Source: Octopus sinensis (lineage: Eukaryota). Taken from it: a stretch of 64,000 bases of DNA. A model generated the notes under the pieces. That model was not told the origin of the DNA. It saw nothing but the letters and a program-made list of their open reading frames with translations, and did no database searches. Made by a program: the position numbers and the translations under genes. Each line of letters starts with the position of its first letter. Position 1 is the stretch's first letter. Location of the stretch: the NCBI RefSeq assembly GCF_006345805.1, contig NC_042999.1:99014001-99078000 (forward strand). Reading direction: 5' to 3'. Of the stretch, positions 24,338 through 38,148 are shown one piece after another.

Positions 24338-25104
24338 TATAAACTGCCTATTTTAAAGGCATAATATTATGTTTAATTACATTATCCCCTGTGTCCTTCC
24401 TTCACTTAATAATGTTAATGTATGGCTTGAATAGACTATGTAATACTGAGATCTAATAGACAAAAGCATGTAGCTATCTTATCTGCAAACAAAGATTATA
24501 TTTTCTTTTAGTAACCTTCCCTATTTTGTGTGTGTGTCACCATCACTTGCCACTAGGGTATTCTTTTCTTTCTGCAACTAAAAGTGATGTTTCAATTATA
24601 AATATTTTTAAATGTGACATTTACCTCTTAAATTAGTTTTTTAAACTCATGCTTTGCACTATTTTGAATTATTTCCCTTAGTTCAGAATATTTTAGTATG
24701 CAAATTAAAGAAAATATACATGGGCCAAAAATTATCTACAACCATTTTTTTTTCCATTATTGTAATTGGGAAATATTCTTTCAGCTAATCAGGTAAGCTT
24801 AATTAAGCTATATTATGCTGATGAGAGCTAATAGTCTGCAACACATCCACAACTATTCCCTGCTTGCAAAAGAAATAAAATGGATTTTTCTCTTAGCATG
24901 TAAATTAACTTTGGGAGATTTAATATTGGCCCAAGAGCTTGCAACGGATTGAACCTGCTCTAAAGATATCCAAGGACTAAGTGTTGTGGTTAAATCTGGT
25001 GACAGATTTACCACCCAAGTAGGATTTGGTGTGATTTGAACTCAGAACACAAACAGCTGGAACCATTCCATCAGTCCACTGCCCTATTCTGGTATTTTAT
25101 ATAT

Positions 25105-25492
25105 TCTATCATTTACTTGCTTCAGACATTAGACTACAGACATGCTAGGGCACTGCCTTGAAGGGTTTTAATCAAACGAATTGAACCCAGGACTTATTTT
25201 TCTTTTAAGCCTAGTACTCATTCTATTGGTCTCTTTTGCTGGACCACTAAGTTATGAGGATGTGAACATACTAGTGCCGGTTATCAAGTGGTAGTGGGAG
25301 CAAACACAGACATACACATGCACACACCCGCACACACACACATGTATATACAACAAGATTCTTTCAGTTACCATCTACCATATCCTGAGGCTATAGTAAA
25401 AGACACTTGACCACGGTACTATGCAGTGGGACTGAACCTGGAACCCTGTAGTTTGGAAGCAAACTTCTTACCACACAACCACACCTATGCCT
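25105..25492 (-). mobile_element. tRNA-derived SINE, degenerate
   Basis: Reverse complement of the same family (gggactgaacc...aaacttcttaccacacaaccacacct). Confidence 0.6.
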
Positions 25493-26159
25493 ATTGATCA
25501 TAGTTAAATTGGGTAAGATCCATATTCAAAATGCAAGAAACAAAATAAAAGAGCTACAAGGCATTATATTATGTCCAGTGCTTTGACAACTCCACTACTT
25601 GCTTTGCAGTCAATGCTGCAATGTGATATACATGTATAGTAAAGGACTACATGGTAGATGTAGTGGTGTACCAGAAAAAATGCCTCATAATATTGACCTT
25701 TGTCCTTATATTAAGTCTAACTGTCTGAAATTGTTTATTGTTAATACAATTATAATTTTTCAGTCTATTAATCTTGTCTTTAGAGATGAAATAGTTGAAA
25801 AAAAATATTTTCATCAACAGGGATGTAAATATTAATCATAAATATTAAAGCATTTTTAATCTTTTAAGTATGAAAAATTATAATTGCATGTTCCTGTGTG
25901 TTCTGATTTGAGAATCCCACCAGGGCTGACTGAGCCTTTCATCCTTTCCCAGGTCAATAAAATAGCTAGCAGTCAAGTTATGGTGTCAATTTAATTGACG
26001 ATGCCCTCTTTTAAAATGTGTGACCTTATGCTTAATGCTAGAAATCAATATAATGCATATTAATATTGAAACTATAAACAAATAAACATATGATAATATC
26101 ATAATATATACTGTGATATTACAGTATATAAATAATAATATGAAGATACAAAGAGACTC

Positions 26160-26520
26160 ATCATCATCATCATCATCATCACTTGGTGTCTGCTTTCCTT
26201 GCTGGCATGGGTTAGACAGTTTGACTGAAACTGGCAAGCTGGAGGGTTGTGCTAGGTTCCAATCTGATTTTGCATAGTTTCTACAACTGGTTGCTCTTCC
26301 TAATGCCAACCACTCTAAGAGTGTACTGGGTGCTTTTTACGTGCCACTGGCATGGACGCCAGTTCTATGAAACTGGTATTGGCCACAGCTACAATTTCAC
26401 TTGGCTTCATGGGTCCTCTCAAGCATGGCATATTGTCAAGGATCTTGGTCACTTGTCATTGCCTCCATGAGGCCCATCATTCAAATATCATGCTTCACTC
26501 TCTTGTCTCATGTCATCCTG
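26160..26520 (-). mobile_element. RTE-clade LINE 3' fragment with (CAT)n tail
   Basis: Tail and 3' motif shared with 19385 and 59870-60000 (ctcaagca...gcctccatgaggccca.catt). Confidence 0.6.
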
Positions 26521-27246
26521 TCAAATAATAATGTTAAACTGTTATAAGTATACACAAAGCATAAAAATACTGATGCACATAGAATAACAACATATACTTG
26601 TACAAACTGACTGAGGAGACCTGGCCCAATTACTTGCAATGTGGTAAACTCCTTCAAAAGCACCCAAAGGATGATGAATCAAGTCTACCACCTTCTACAT
26701 AGTCATTAGAAATAGCAGGGAAACCTATCTTAGATTACACACCTTGCCATCTTCAAAAGAGAGAGAAGAATTAGATAATATATTACTATACCCAAGAGAA
26801 TATGGGATGGTTATGGCTGGAATGCCTAGGAATGAGATTACAGGAAAAATAGCATATATTACAATATAGATTTAGTTTAATGTTAGAATGTAACAATAAC
26901 ATGACTCAGTGAACCACAGACAAATGTTCACAAACTTCAAGGTTATAAAGGAGAGTTCACCTGTGTGAAAACCCTAAGGAAGTAATTCTTTTTGAAGATG
27001 CTCATCCAGGATTTTAACACATATGTGATTTTGTATTTTGTTTAGATAATGAGAAGAAATGGATGCTTTTGAAAGTAAAAGTGTAATTATTAGAATGATT
27101 GATGAGATGCCTTGTAATTTCCATTCTGAATCTTAACATTCTGAATTCAAATTTTGCCTCCTATCACTAACTTTCTCATGATTGGAAACAGGGACCTTAG
27201 GCTCTGTCAAATCTCTGTTATACTGAAATTTCCATGTAACACTGAT

Positions 27247-30110
27247 CAGTTTGCGAGTTTGTATGGGAACTTTTTGATCTCTTGCAGTGACCAAAGGTAA
27301 AATATGGTGAAGAGTATAAGCACTGCAAAAGTGTTGTGGGCATTATGCTTGTTGTAAGCTGAATGTTCAGATGATGACACTTTTAACATTGTTTTAGCTC
27401 TCTTGAGGTACTCATTCCTTGTCTTCTCCTTATTGATGGATATATCACGGCTGACATTCTCATCCTGTTCAAGGCACTTATATGTTTCCATAGAGAGTAA
27501 AAGCTGTATTAATTTCATTCCAATTTATTTAATGAATTGGGTTATGAGATCCAGTTGCTTTTTTGATGTGGTTAATATTTAGCCCAAACAGCTTCAGGTC
27601 ATCATCAAAGAAAAGGGGAGAGGTGTTAAAGGATCCATTCCTATATCAGCTATGTTTCTTGATTGGGTATGATAAAGGGTTTAACAAGAGAACAAAGAGC
27701 AGAGCATTACTGACAAGCTATCGCCCAGAAGGATGCCTTTTTGTAGTGTGTAGTATAAAATTTAATATGTTTATTGTTGCCTCTAAGAAGTAAGTAGAAG
27801 TACCAGTTTCTAGTTATGTGGTGGATGGCAGCTACTAATGGTAGCAGGACTTTGGTTAATTGCAGTGCTGAAAGCTTTTTTGGTTGTCCAGCTACACCAT
27901 GTTTCTGCAGTTCTTCTTTCATGTATCATTTTAATAATCAGCAAGTGCTCAATACAACCTCAAACTTTCTTCTCTTCTCAGTTTGTTCAGGAGTTATAAT
28001 AGTGTCAGTGGTACAGAGTGGTCCTGTTGAAGCAGATTGAGGCATCCAGTGTATATCTTATGCATGATTTGTTGGTCTGCTATCAGGTGGTTATTTTTAG
28101 ATTCAGTGGTTTGTCTATTTTAAAGCATGAGAAGAGTGATGACTGTTGACAACTAACTGTATGGTTATGTTTGACATACCTTAAATATTCTTATTATACA
28201 GTGTTATTAAAGCTTGTGGATAGAAATTGGGATTTTTTAATCAATATCCTGTAATAAGATATGAATTTGAGAATTTTCTATTTTGTATTTTTTCAGGACT
28301 CTTTCTGGTGCTGCACCATTGATTTTGTAAAATTTTTATTCAACATGCTTGCCGTACCTCTGTTCTAATTTGTCTCTCCATTCAGCTTTTTCATTGAATC
28401 TATCATTCCATTTCCATATTGATTTTCATTATCTTTTAAGTTGTTCTGTTGATGGGATGTTTATCATTGATAATGTGTTATTTTTGTTGAAGCTATAATA
28501 TACTGATACTGGATCTCTAACAAACAATCTATTCAATGTTTTCCTTTTATACTTGGCAGATGTATATTTTAATTTCTCCAGCTGTTACTTCTTGTTTCGG
28601 GTGATGAAGTTTAAAATTTAAGGTTTTACTCTTTGAGTTCCCAAACTACTTTCCTTGTTTATCTTTTGGCCATATGATTGGGGGGGGGGATTTATTGATA
28701 GCGTCACACTTCATAACTATGATTATCTGTGAGATGGTTCTTCAAAGAAGCACTATTTTATTTTGCAAGTTGTGAGCCCGGCCTGACTTGATGTTTACAT
28801 TTGACTTCATTGTTCAACTCCAACTCATTTTGATAGGCTAGTAATGTTATTGTTGCACACATATCAGGAAATTTATAGTTTCATATGGGAGTGCTGCTTC
28901 AATAGACATAAGATAATTCCCCACTATTTAAATTATTACTTTCACTTCTGAATTAAAAGGTTCTTTTTTTTATGATTGTTTGAAATTGCCTGTCTTTGAA
29001 CTTGTTGCATCATATCTAATGACACAACTGTTAGAGAATTATAAAGATTCCAATATTCCATGGTTTATTCAAGGAAGCTAACGTTTTTATTCTCTAGCAG
29101 GTTATTTTTGTGTAACTGTAGTTCGATGTTGTCACTGAAGGTATTGATGTTGTTGAATGTTCTGTGATAGTCTACAGTGAGACAGCCACTACTACATTCA
29201 AGGTGTACACTGTTGTCAACATTAATGTTGTTATTATTGGATATTGTACTTTTTGGTGGTGTTACTATGTGTTAAGTAAGGGGGTTCATCTATGTATATT
29301 GGTGTGCAGTTAATGATATGCTTCCTTTATTCATTTAGATGTTTTGCACATAGATTTTAAACTTGAGAAAAGTCATGTATATTTTTACTCTTCCACTTAC
29401 AGATTGTATATGTAATGTGTGAATTAGCTGGTCGATTTCTTTTTAGGAAAACCCCAGCTTATCCATATTGTCATTTAGGAACTTGTTCATAAAAGTGCAC
29501 CAGTTATGGTTATAAATGAGAATTTGTAATCTGAGTACAGGTTCTGAAGGTTTCAAAGCAATTGTCTGTAATTATCATCTTTTTCTTTGATTTTGAAAGA
29601 GGTATTCACATGAGTAAAGCAGCCAACCTCTCTAACAGTACAAAGTTTTCTTTGTCTGCCTCAAACAACAATATACAACCTTGTATGTTTGCACTTGGTA
29701 GTTTTGATGACAATGTTCCACCAATATTCCTTGTGCTTATATTTGTGTAGGTAATCAGTAACAGAGTGTGTTCTATATTTATTCCAAGACAGTCTTTTTT
29801 TCAAATGTCATTGTGTATTGTTTCAGTGACAATATCATGTTGCATAGAGAGGTAATACCTGGATATTTTTGAGTGGCTACTAATTGCAAATGATGCCTTC
29901 CACAGAAATATGACATAATCTGGTATTTTCAGTTGCATCTTGGGGCTCCAAGGCTTCACTGTCTCTTTTGTTTTCAAGATGTTTTGTAGCAATCTACCAA
30001 TCTTGGATTGCAAATGTATAGCCTTCAAAGTGTGATGTGATGTATCAGAAAAAGAATGTAAGAGATATTGCATTTTGTGTCGATATTACTGTCTTCTTCA
30101 AGTCTTTAGG
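27247..30110 (-). mobile_element. R4/Dong-type (RLE) non-LTR retrotransposon remnant, rearranged
   Basis: Decayed minus-strand motifs: LITGY(W)LK (~28220), HKIYTGCLNLLQ (~28030), KGILLGDSLS (~27725), FDDDLKLF (~27595) and YKCL.QDEN...EYLKR...SAYNKHNAHNTFAV (27518-27330). C-terminal motifs SRYYLSMQHD and TFLKF lie at 30110-29335. Confidence 0.8.
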
Positions 30111-30122
30111 AAACATACTATA

Positions 30123-30468
30123 GGCACAGGAGTGGCTGTGTGATAAGTAGCTTGCTTACCAACCACATGGTTCCGGGTTCAGTCCCACTGCGTGGCACCT
30201 TGAGCAAGTGTCTTCTACTATAGCCTCGGGTTGACCAAAGCCTTGTGAGTGGATTTGGTAGAAAGAAACTGAAAGAAGCCTGTCGTATATATGTATATAC
30301 ATATATGCATATGTGTGTGTGTATATGTTTGTGTGTCTGTGTTTGTCCCCCCAACATCGCTTGACAACTGATGCTGGTGTGTTTATGTCTCCGTAACTTA
30401 GCAGCTCGGCAAAAGAGACCGATAGAATAAGTACTAGGCTTACAAATAATAAGTCCTGGGGTTGATTT
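30123..30468 (+). mobile_element. tRNA-derived SINE, well preserved, 3' end clipped
   Basis: ggcacaggagtggctgtgtgataagtagc...ccgggttcagtccc head and (TA)/(TG) middle; highly similar to 62985-63470. Confidence 0.8.
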
Positions 30469-31402
30469 ATATATGTACATACATTGGCTTCGGAATGTTC
30501 AGTTGAAATAAGTCATTGGTCTTAATTGTGAGCATGGGTATTTTGATTAGATCTAGTGTGTAACAGCATGCTAGTCTGAAATTGGAATTTCATATCTTTT
30601 CTTATTGCTGGTTAATTCATTATTAACTGAAACATTTATTTGTAGTTATGTACTGATTTATCTATGTACACATCTCTGACTATGGGTAGACTCTTATCTG
30701 TGCAAATCTTTTTTTCTTAATTAGAGACAGATTGTGCATACATATTGGAATAGATATAGTTTCAATTGTTCTTTGGCTATCATTGATTTTAATTAGAATC
30801 TTCATATTTTTTTCTCACTGTATTTGTTTCTACCCACTTTGGTTTTAGGAAAGCTAAATTATTGATCCTTTCTGTGAATGCTTGACATGGTCAAACATTT
30901 TGGAAGGGTCAAGGATTCTTGGCTGATATAGTAACTATTAGTGAGCTAACAATTTCTAGTTTTACATTAGCAATATCTGGGTGAAACCAAAAGCTTCCAT
31001 GTGGAATTAACATACAAGAAATCTTGAAACAGCAAAATCTCACTCAAATTATATCCCACAATTTAAATTGAGAAGGATACTATAACTAATGTACTGTGTG
31101 ATATATGAAAAATTAGAATGCATCTGATAATAAGACTGTCAGTTCAATCAGTGCTGACCCAAGATTACATAACTACAACAGATTGTTTCTTTTTTTAACT
31201 GGTTTGATTAGAAGGAAGGAAGTGTGTGGGTGTCTACAGACTCTAATATCAGTGAGGTTGATGTAGTCATTGTTCTTCATGAACAAAATGGATTTACAAC
31301 TTCAATATCCATACATATCTTGCATCTATTTTCTTTCCTCCACCTCACTCTCTATTTTGTATCACATCTAAACTAACTATGACTTAACCATCCTCTCACA
31401 CC

Positions 31403-31454
31403 GTCTCTGATGAAGGGATATAATTAATAAATATCCTGGAAACAGCTGTAAGAC
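31403..31454 (+). ncRNA. Minimal type I hammerhead motif (Penelope-like 3' fragment)
   Basis: Helix I GTCT/AGAC; CTGATGA at 31407-31413; helix II GGGATAT/ATATCCT; GAAA at 31439-31442; palindromic helix III ACAGCTGT; GTA triplet ending at 31450. Positions 10.1-11.1 are an A-G mismatch. Confidence 0.75.
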
Positions 31455-32227
31455 CTTCTTTCTATAGATGTTCTAATATCTACACAGCCTTGGTTTTTTA
31501 TCTCATTACGCAAAAAAATTCTTATATATATACACATAAGAAAAATAGGCTACTGCTGCTTAAACAATCAAAACCAAGAACCCACATCCTTCATTAGATA
31601 TTTCTTCAGATCTGCTACTACCTACCTACTGAGCCTTCACAAAAGTAAGAGAGAGACAGACAGACAGACAGGCAGAGAAAAGGAAAATGTCTGATGTATT
31701 TGAAAACTATAGAAATATTTTTAAAAAACATTTCATTTAATTTTTCCACAATTTATTTGTTTTTCATGCTTTACTCTAAGTTGAAAAAGTCACAAAGACT
31801 GAAATCAGTACTAAAATGTTCTTCATGATAAAATTATTTTAGCATTTTCTATCTTGTCTTATTTTCCTTCTACATATCAACTCGTGTGTTACCTTTCAAC
31901 CTTCTTCATATATATATATTTATATGAGAGAGAAAGAGAGAGAGTACAATGAATTTATTGTGAGTAGTAGAATACTCGATATTTTAGACAGAATCCTTCT
32001 TCAGCTTAACATTGACAGGAGGGACATATATGAAAGACAGAAGTGTTTTACATGCACTATGTTTGAGAATTTCACTGCAACTGATTAGAAACAGATGACC
32101 ACATAGAAAAACTCTGTCCAAGATTTTGGGTCTTCCACTTCCAAAAGCAGCTTTGCTGTACTCTTTCTGTTTCATGCTTTTCCCTAGAATTTATTTTATC
32201 ATATATACATGCATACATACATACATA

Positions 32228-33516
32228 TTGGGTTGGCAACTAAATTTCTGTGGTTTTTTTAAATTTAAATTTTTTAAAAGGTTTAATAAAAAATAAAAAC
32301 TAATTCATCTATAATGTATTCACCCTTGTTGTTTACAACTTCTTCCCAATGTTCAACAAGATTTTCAATATCTCGTTGGTAGAAATCACCCGATTTTGAC
32401 TTGAAAAATTGATCCAACCAAGCTCTCAATTCTGCATCATTATTGAATGAAACTCCGTGCATAGCATTTGAAAGAGATCGAAAGAGGTGGAAATCCATTG
32501 GTGCCAAATCAGGAGAGTACGACAAGGGTGTGGCATCACTTCCCAGCCATACGTTTGAATGACTTCCTTGGTCATATTGGCGATATGAGGGTGGGCGTTG
32601 TCGTGCAGCAGAAGAACTCCATGCTGCCGATTAGGTCTTTTCTCTTGAATAGCCATGTTGAGTCGTTCCATCTGTTGAACATAGAGTTCCGCGTTGACCG
32701 TTAGGTTCCGTTCAAGCAATTCATAATGGATAATCCCTTCCCAGTCCCACCATACGCGCAACATCGTTTTATGTGGATGAAGATCTTGTTTCACACGCGA
32801 TGTCGCTTGTTTACCGGGGCTAAGCCATTCCTTACACTGCTTCATATTGATGTACAGGCACCATTTTTCGTCGCCAGTAACGATTCAGTAAAGAAATCGT
32901 TGCTTGTGTCCATGAGTTGTGCAGTGATGAGCAAGCAAACCATCAGAGATTGTGGCTCGTTGATTTATGTTGTCACTTAAAGCATGCAGAACCCACGCAC
33001 CATACTTCTGGACCTTTCCTATCGAGTGAAGATGCTTCTCTATAGTAGTGTGGGAGCATTCCATTTCCTCTGCCAGTTCCCTTGTCATTTGACGAGAATT
33101 TTCGTGCAAAAGTTGGTTTCATCGCACTTCATAAACTCAAGTGGACAGCCAGAACGAGGTGCATCTTTGAGGTCAAAATTTCCATTTTTGAACTTGGCAT
33201 ACCAATCATGAGCAGTTCTTTCAGCTATGGCACCCTCTTCATACATAGCACAAATATCGCGAGCAGCTTTTGCAACCTTAGAACCTTGATTAAGAGCAAA
33301 AAGGAGGTGTTGAAAATGCTTGTTTTTCTTAACTTGACATTCCATTTTAATGATCTGAAAATAAACAAAAATGAACTAAAATTAACTAGAACAAAAACAA
33401 AATAGATTCCAAAATGATTCAAAAATAGAATTCGTGATAAAAATAGATTGCAAAATTTAAAAACGTAATAAATTCCAAAATTTAAAAAAACAGCTGGAAC
33501 TTAGTTGCCAATCCAA
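32228..33516 (-). mobile_element. mariner (DD34D) transposon, mellifera-subfamily-like, defective, 1289 bp
   Basis: TA on both sides; TIR TTGG(G/A)TTGGCAACTAA; transposase split over four ORFs with GAWVLH, LLHDNAHPH and YSPDLAPMDFHLF. Confidence 0.95.
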
Positions 33517-35645
33517 TACATACATACATGCATATGTACATGCATGCATGTATGTATGTATCAACTATGGTTGATACATACATACTTACTCTTGAACAGT
33601 TGTAAATCAACAGAAGAATGAAAACCATGTCTGTGAAAGGAATTCCAGAGAACTGTTGTTCTGGTAAGAAAGGACTGGGAAGTGTTTTTAGTGTTGGGTG
33701 GGTGAGGTTGGCATAATTTGAATGAAATAGGAAGAAGAGATGATTGAATGAAAAGAGCACAAGTGGCGGTGACATGAGAACAGCTAGCTTCAAGGAACTA
33801 TAGTAGTGGTACAAGGGGAAAAGAGCGGAGCTGGAAGTTGGAGTCACTGTACTAAGTTAGGTGTGATGTGGGACTCAACAACAACAGTCACTATAACAAC
33901 AGAAATCACTAGTAGGAATGTATGGTATTTCTGAGCTAATAATGATATTCAATCCAAGCATCCATTAGGATAAAACTCCTCCTTTCAACTTTTTCCATTC
34001 CGCATCTGTCAGGGCCCTTTTATTGACACCTTTTATCTAGTCTTGATTGGATTACACTTGAGATGTTAGTGTCAACAGTAGCACTTAGCACTAATTCTGC
34101 TTCCACTGATAGCTTTCAGTCTCTTTGATGATCATTTCAGCTGGACTTCTTTCAACGTAGTGTCTTCCTTTCTTTTCTCTTTTCATCTCATCTTCTCAAA
34201 GCACTGAAAGCTTCTCTATTCACCTTCATCTCAATGATTATTTGTCTCACCTTCTTGACTCTGATTTTTCACTTTACTACCAAAATTACAGCGACTGGAC
34301 AATTTGTCTTATCCTTCTATTCATGTTGTGCTGTTCTGCTTATACATGATATCACATTTTCTCTTGACATATAAATTAAATGGATATTATTTTTGGTCTT
34401 TCTACTTCCGCTTCTCTGCCTCCTTGTCTTTATTTTCTCTTGAATCTATTTGTTATGGCTGTCTAAGGGCCTATTTCTGTATTTACCAATCTTATATGCT
34501 AAACATACTCTTATGTGATCAGTTGACAAAGATATCTTGCTTTCTCTCTTTTATTTTCTCTCACTCTCTTCTCACTTTCTCTTTCATTCTTCTTACTGCT
34601 TCATCGATTGATTTCTTTCTCTTCATTTCATTTTCTTCCATTTTGTTGTCTTTCTTTATTCCTTTCTTTCTTTCTTTCTGTCACTCACTCTCTTACTTTT
34701 TTCTTTTCTTCTTCCTTCCTTCTCATGTATGATTGACTATTTCAATTCATCTAATAATCTAGAGGTATTTTATGGCTTGCTGTGGATAAAAGCCATGGTC
34801 AGCTTGTAAGAGCCAGTTTACAGCAACATTTATAGACTAAGTCACTTTGTGTGCAACAGACATCTTGAGTTCCTGTTGTTTGTCTCACAATTTGTAGCTG
34901 TCTTTCACTCTAACCACTAACATAATGCTTTAACCTTTGGAAAAATGTATGGAAACATCTAAACCAAAACAACTTTACATTCTTGGTACTAAACACTTCC
35001 TTTCTCAAATTACACCCTACTAGAAGTCTTCTGCACACCTTGTTTCACTTATTGACATTAATCCCTACAAATATTTGAACTGAACATTCAACTGTATTGG
35101 CCATAAAAAGAAATATGGACACTGCTTCTCTTATTAAATTCTGAAAAATAAACACTAAGCTTCTGGTTTCATTTGTATCACATTCCAGGAAATAACGTCT
35201 GTTAATTCTCAGTTTTTTCTCTTACTCTTTTTTATAATTCCTTATTTATTTGTGTTTTTAGTATAATTCTTCATCTATAAATGGATAGGTGCTTATGTAG
35301 GTTGGTTGTTTGGTTGGTTGGCGTGTTGGTTAGCAGTGTTGGTTGCAGGAAAGGCATCCGACCACTGAATGCTGTTTTGATGAACTTTGTACAAACCAAA
35401 CCAGCATGGAAGAAGTGGATTTGAAAACAATAATGATGATGATGATGATGATGATGGTGTGGCATGAAACTTGGAGTCATAGACTGCATGAGTTATAAAG
35501 TAAAAGTGTTAGTGACAATACTGTCCTACTATGTCAGGTAGTTTTGCAATTTCTTTCCACTTGTATTTCCATGTAGTTAAAGTGTTAACTTTCCTCATTT
35601 CAATCTAATTAAACATTTATTCATTTATTTCTATTTTACTTTTAG

Positions 35646-35697
35646 ACACCTTGCTTCTGGCCTTCTCGTAGTGGTGAACCAGAGAATACTGATTATG
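35646..35697 (+). CDS. RGS7: R7-RGS coding exon, 52 bp: TPCFWPSRSGEPENTDY(A)
   Basis: tttAG acceptor and GTATGT donor; in frame with both neighbouring exons; matches the family motif TPYFWPSNCWEPENTDYA. Confidence 0.95.
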
Positions 35698-36864
35698 GTA
35701 TGTATCTGTGTGCTATTTTCATGCAAATTAACTGCCATATATATATATATGACATGCTCTATAGTCAATTTACTTGCATAATATAATAGACACTACTCTC
35801 TGAACAAACTCTGACCATCTGTTTAAATATTAATTCCTGGAAGAAGATGTATAAAGTCTTCTTAATATAATGTTGTTAACACAATAAAAAATGAAATAGT
35901 CTCTACTTGAAGCAGTGATTGATCAGTGGCCTCTGTTCAATAGGTTTACTGAAGCTGACTTGTCCTGGGTTATTCAACATCAACTAAACAATTGACTTCT
36001 ATTACAACAGTTACCAGATGATGTATGATTACTATCATTAATGATGTATGGAGGTAGCAATAGGGATTTTCAGATTTTGCAATTCAGTTTTTGTTAGGAT
36101 TGGCATGTTCAACATTATTAATCTAAGTAAAAACAAAGACAATAATTTCTGCATTTTAAAAACTTCAGTTTTTTTTTTCTTTTGGTGGGATATTAAATAT
36201 GTGTTATATGAAAAAAACCTCATTCACAATCATACAGACAAATGCTTCATTGAACAACCTAAAAATTAAAAAAACTATTTTCATTTCTTTCATGGAACAT
36301 GTAGATGAAATCCTTGTTTGGCATCTTCCATTGCTCTCTGCTGAATAAGCTTGTTGTGCTATATAATTGTTCTTATTATTGTTCCAAAACACTAAACAAC
36401 AGAAATTATAAGCTGTTGTCTCTAAATATTCTATGTATGCATCATATAGTGATGTTGCTGAATTGATGAAATTAATTAAAAACTGTATCTGCAGACTGAG
36501 AAAAAGGATTCTTATTAATGGGTGGAAATATGCAAATATCAAAACATTAGCTATTATTGCTTTATGCAAAATGCAAAAAGAAAATCCATCTCATCCTGTA
36601 TGTAATATATCAATATTGTTAGTTGTCATGCCAACAAATAAGAAACATTTACCAAGCACCCTAATATAATAGTGTAGGTTCTTCAAATACACATCACAAT
36701 CTACAACAATTTATCACTAAAGTTGATTTCTAACATAGATATGGTCAAGGTTATACCTGTTGATTTCAGAAGTAATTGAACTCTGAAAATGTAGGGATGC
36801 AACTAAATGAGTAAAACAATGTAATAACAGGTATAAAAAAAAATGATAAACGTTGCCCTTTTCA

Positions 36865-37154
36865 AGCCTAGTGAGGCTCATGGGCCTGGTTTCCTGGTTT
36901 CTGTGGCGTATGTGTTCCCCACAGCTGGACGGGACGCTAGTGCATCGCAGCGTTACTCAAGAAACAGGAAGAGAGAGTGAGAGAAAGTTGTGGCGAAAGA
37001 GTACAACAGGGTTCGCCACTACCCCCTGCCGGAGCCTCGTGGAGCTTTTAGGTGTTTTCGCTCAATAAACATGCACAACGCCTGGTCTGGGAATCGAAAC
37101 CGCGATCCTCCAACCACAAGTCCGCTGCCCTGACCACTGGGCTATTGCGCCTCC
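36865..37154 (-). mobile_element. tRNA-derived SINE (family of 5232-5532)
   Basis: Minus-strand head ggaggcgcaatagcccagtggtcagg...ggtttcgattccc; shared core. Confidence 0.75.
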
Positions 37155-37820
37155 ACAAATAACAGGTATAGCAGTTAGAAATGACACTGAAGTCAGGGGT
37201 TAACTGACATGGAGAACATTTCCTGCTTCGACTATCAGATTAATGAATGAACTCTAGTGACTTCTATAACAATTTTTTTCCACTCTGGTTAGCTTTGGGC
37301 AGTTCTTATCATCCACAATTTCCAATCATTGGTTGACGCTTGTCCAAGATAATATGAAGCATGATGGTTAATATGATGGACTCTCAAATAATTGGCAGAT
37401 AATATGGCCAAAATATGTTAGTCTCAGTTCGTACACGATGTTTAACAGACTGGAAGGATTGCCTGCTTAGTATCAATGTTTAACTAATCAAAGATTAGCG
37501 GTACAATGATTGTAAGTTTATCTGTAAAATGATCTGATAGTCAAGCCAATGATAAAGCAGTGATGATGACTACAGAATTATTGATAACAAGGCTAACAAG
37601 GCTTTGTAAGGTTATACCCATGCAATCAGTGAGCTAGTAGAGGATAAAAATAGTGTAGCTTAATGAAGATAACAGTTAGCCAATGATTGTATTTAACGAG
37701 TTACAACTTGAAGTTTTAAGAAATCATTGTCATGGTGTTGCTGAAAAAATAATAATTTCTTTACTTTTGTAAAGGGGGATATATGTATATTTGAGTTCAT
37801 TTATCCTATTATAAAGGGTA

Positions 37821-38148
37821 AAAGGTAAAGACCCCCTTTGGTCATAAATGACCCCGGGATTGCACCTTGAAAGTTCCCCTCCAAGGCATGAGTTCGGGCA
37901 AGGTTTATGAAAGACCAGCAGTTGCCCATACGTACCAACCTCCCCTCTCCAAGCCACCAATGTTATCCAAGAGAAAGGCAAAGGTTGATACAGCTTGGCA
38001 CCAGTGATGTCACAGCTCATTTCTACAGCTGAGCAACATGAAATAAAGTGTCTTGCTCATGAAAACAACACAGCACCTGGTCTGGGAATCCAATTCACTA
38101 GCTCATGGTTGTAAACCTGATTCTCTCACCACTGAGCCATGTGCTTCT
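37821..38148 (-). mobile_element. tRNA-derived SINE
   Basis: Minus-strand head gaagcacatggctcagtggtgagag...gaattggattcccagacc; body shared with 3578-3900. Confidence 0.7.

Noticed and set aside
24818-24850. CTGATGAG core
   Set aside because: No downstream helix II or GAAA.
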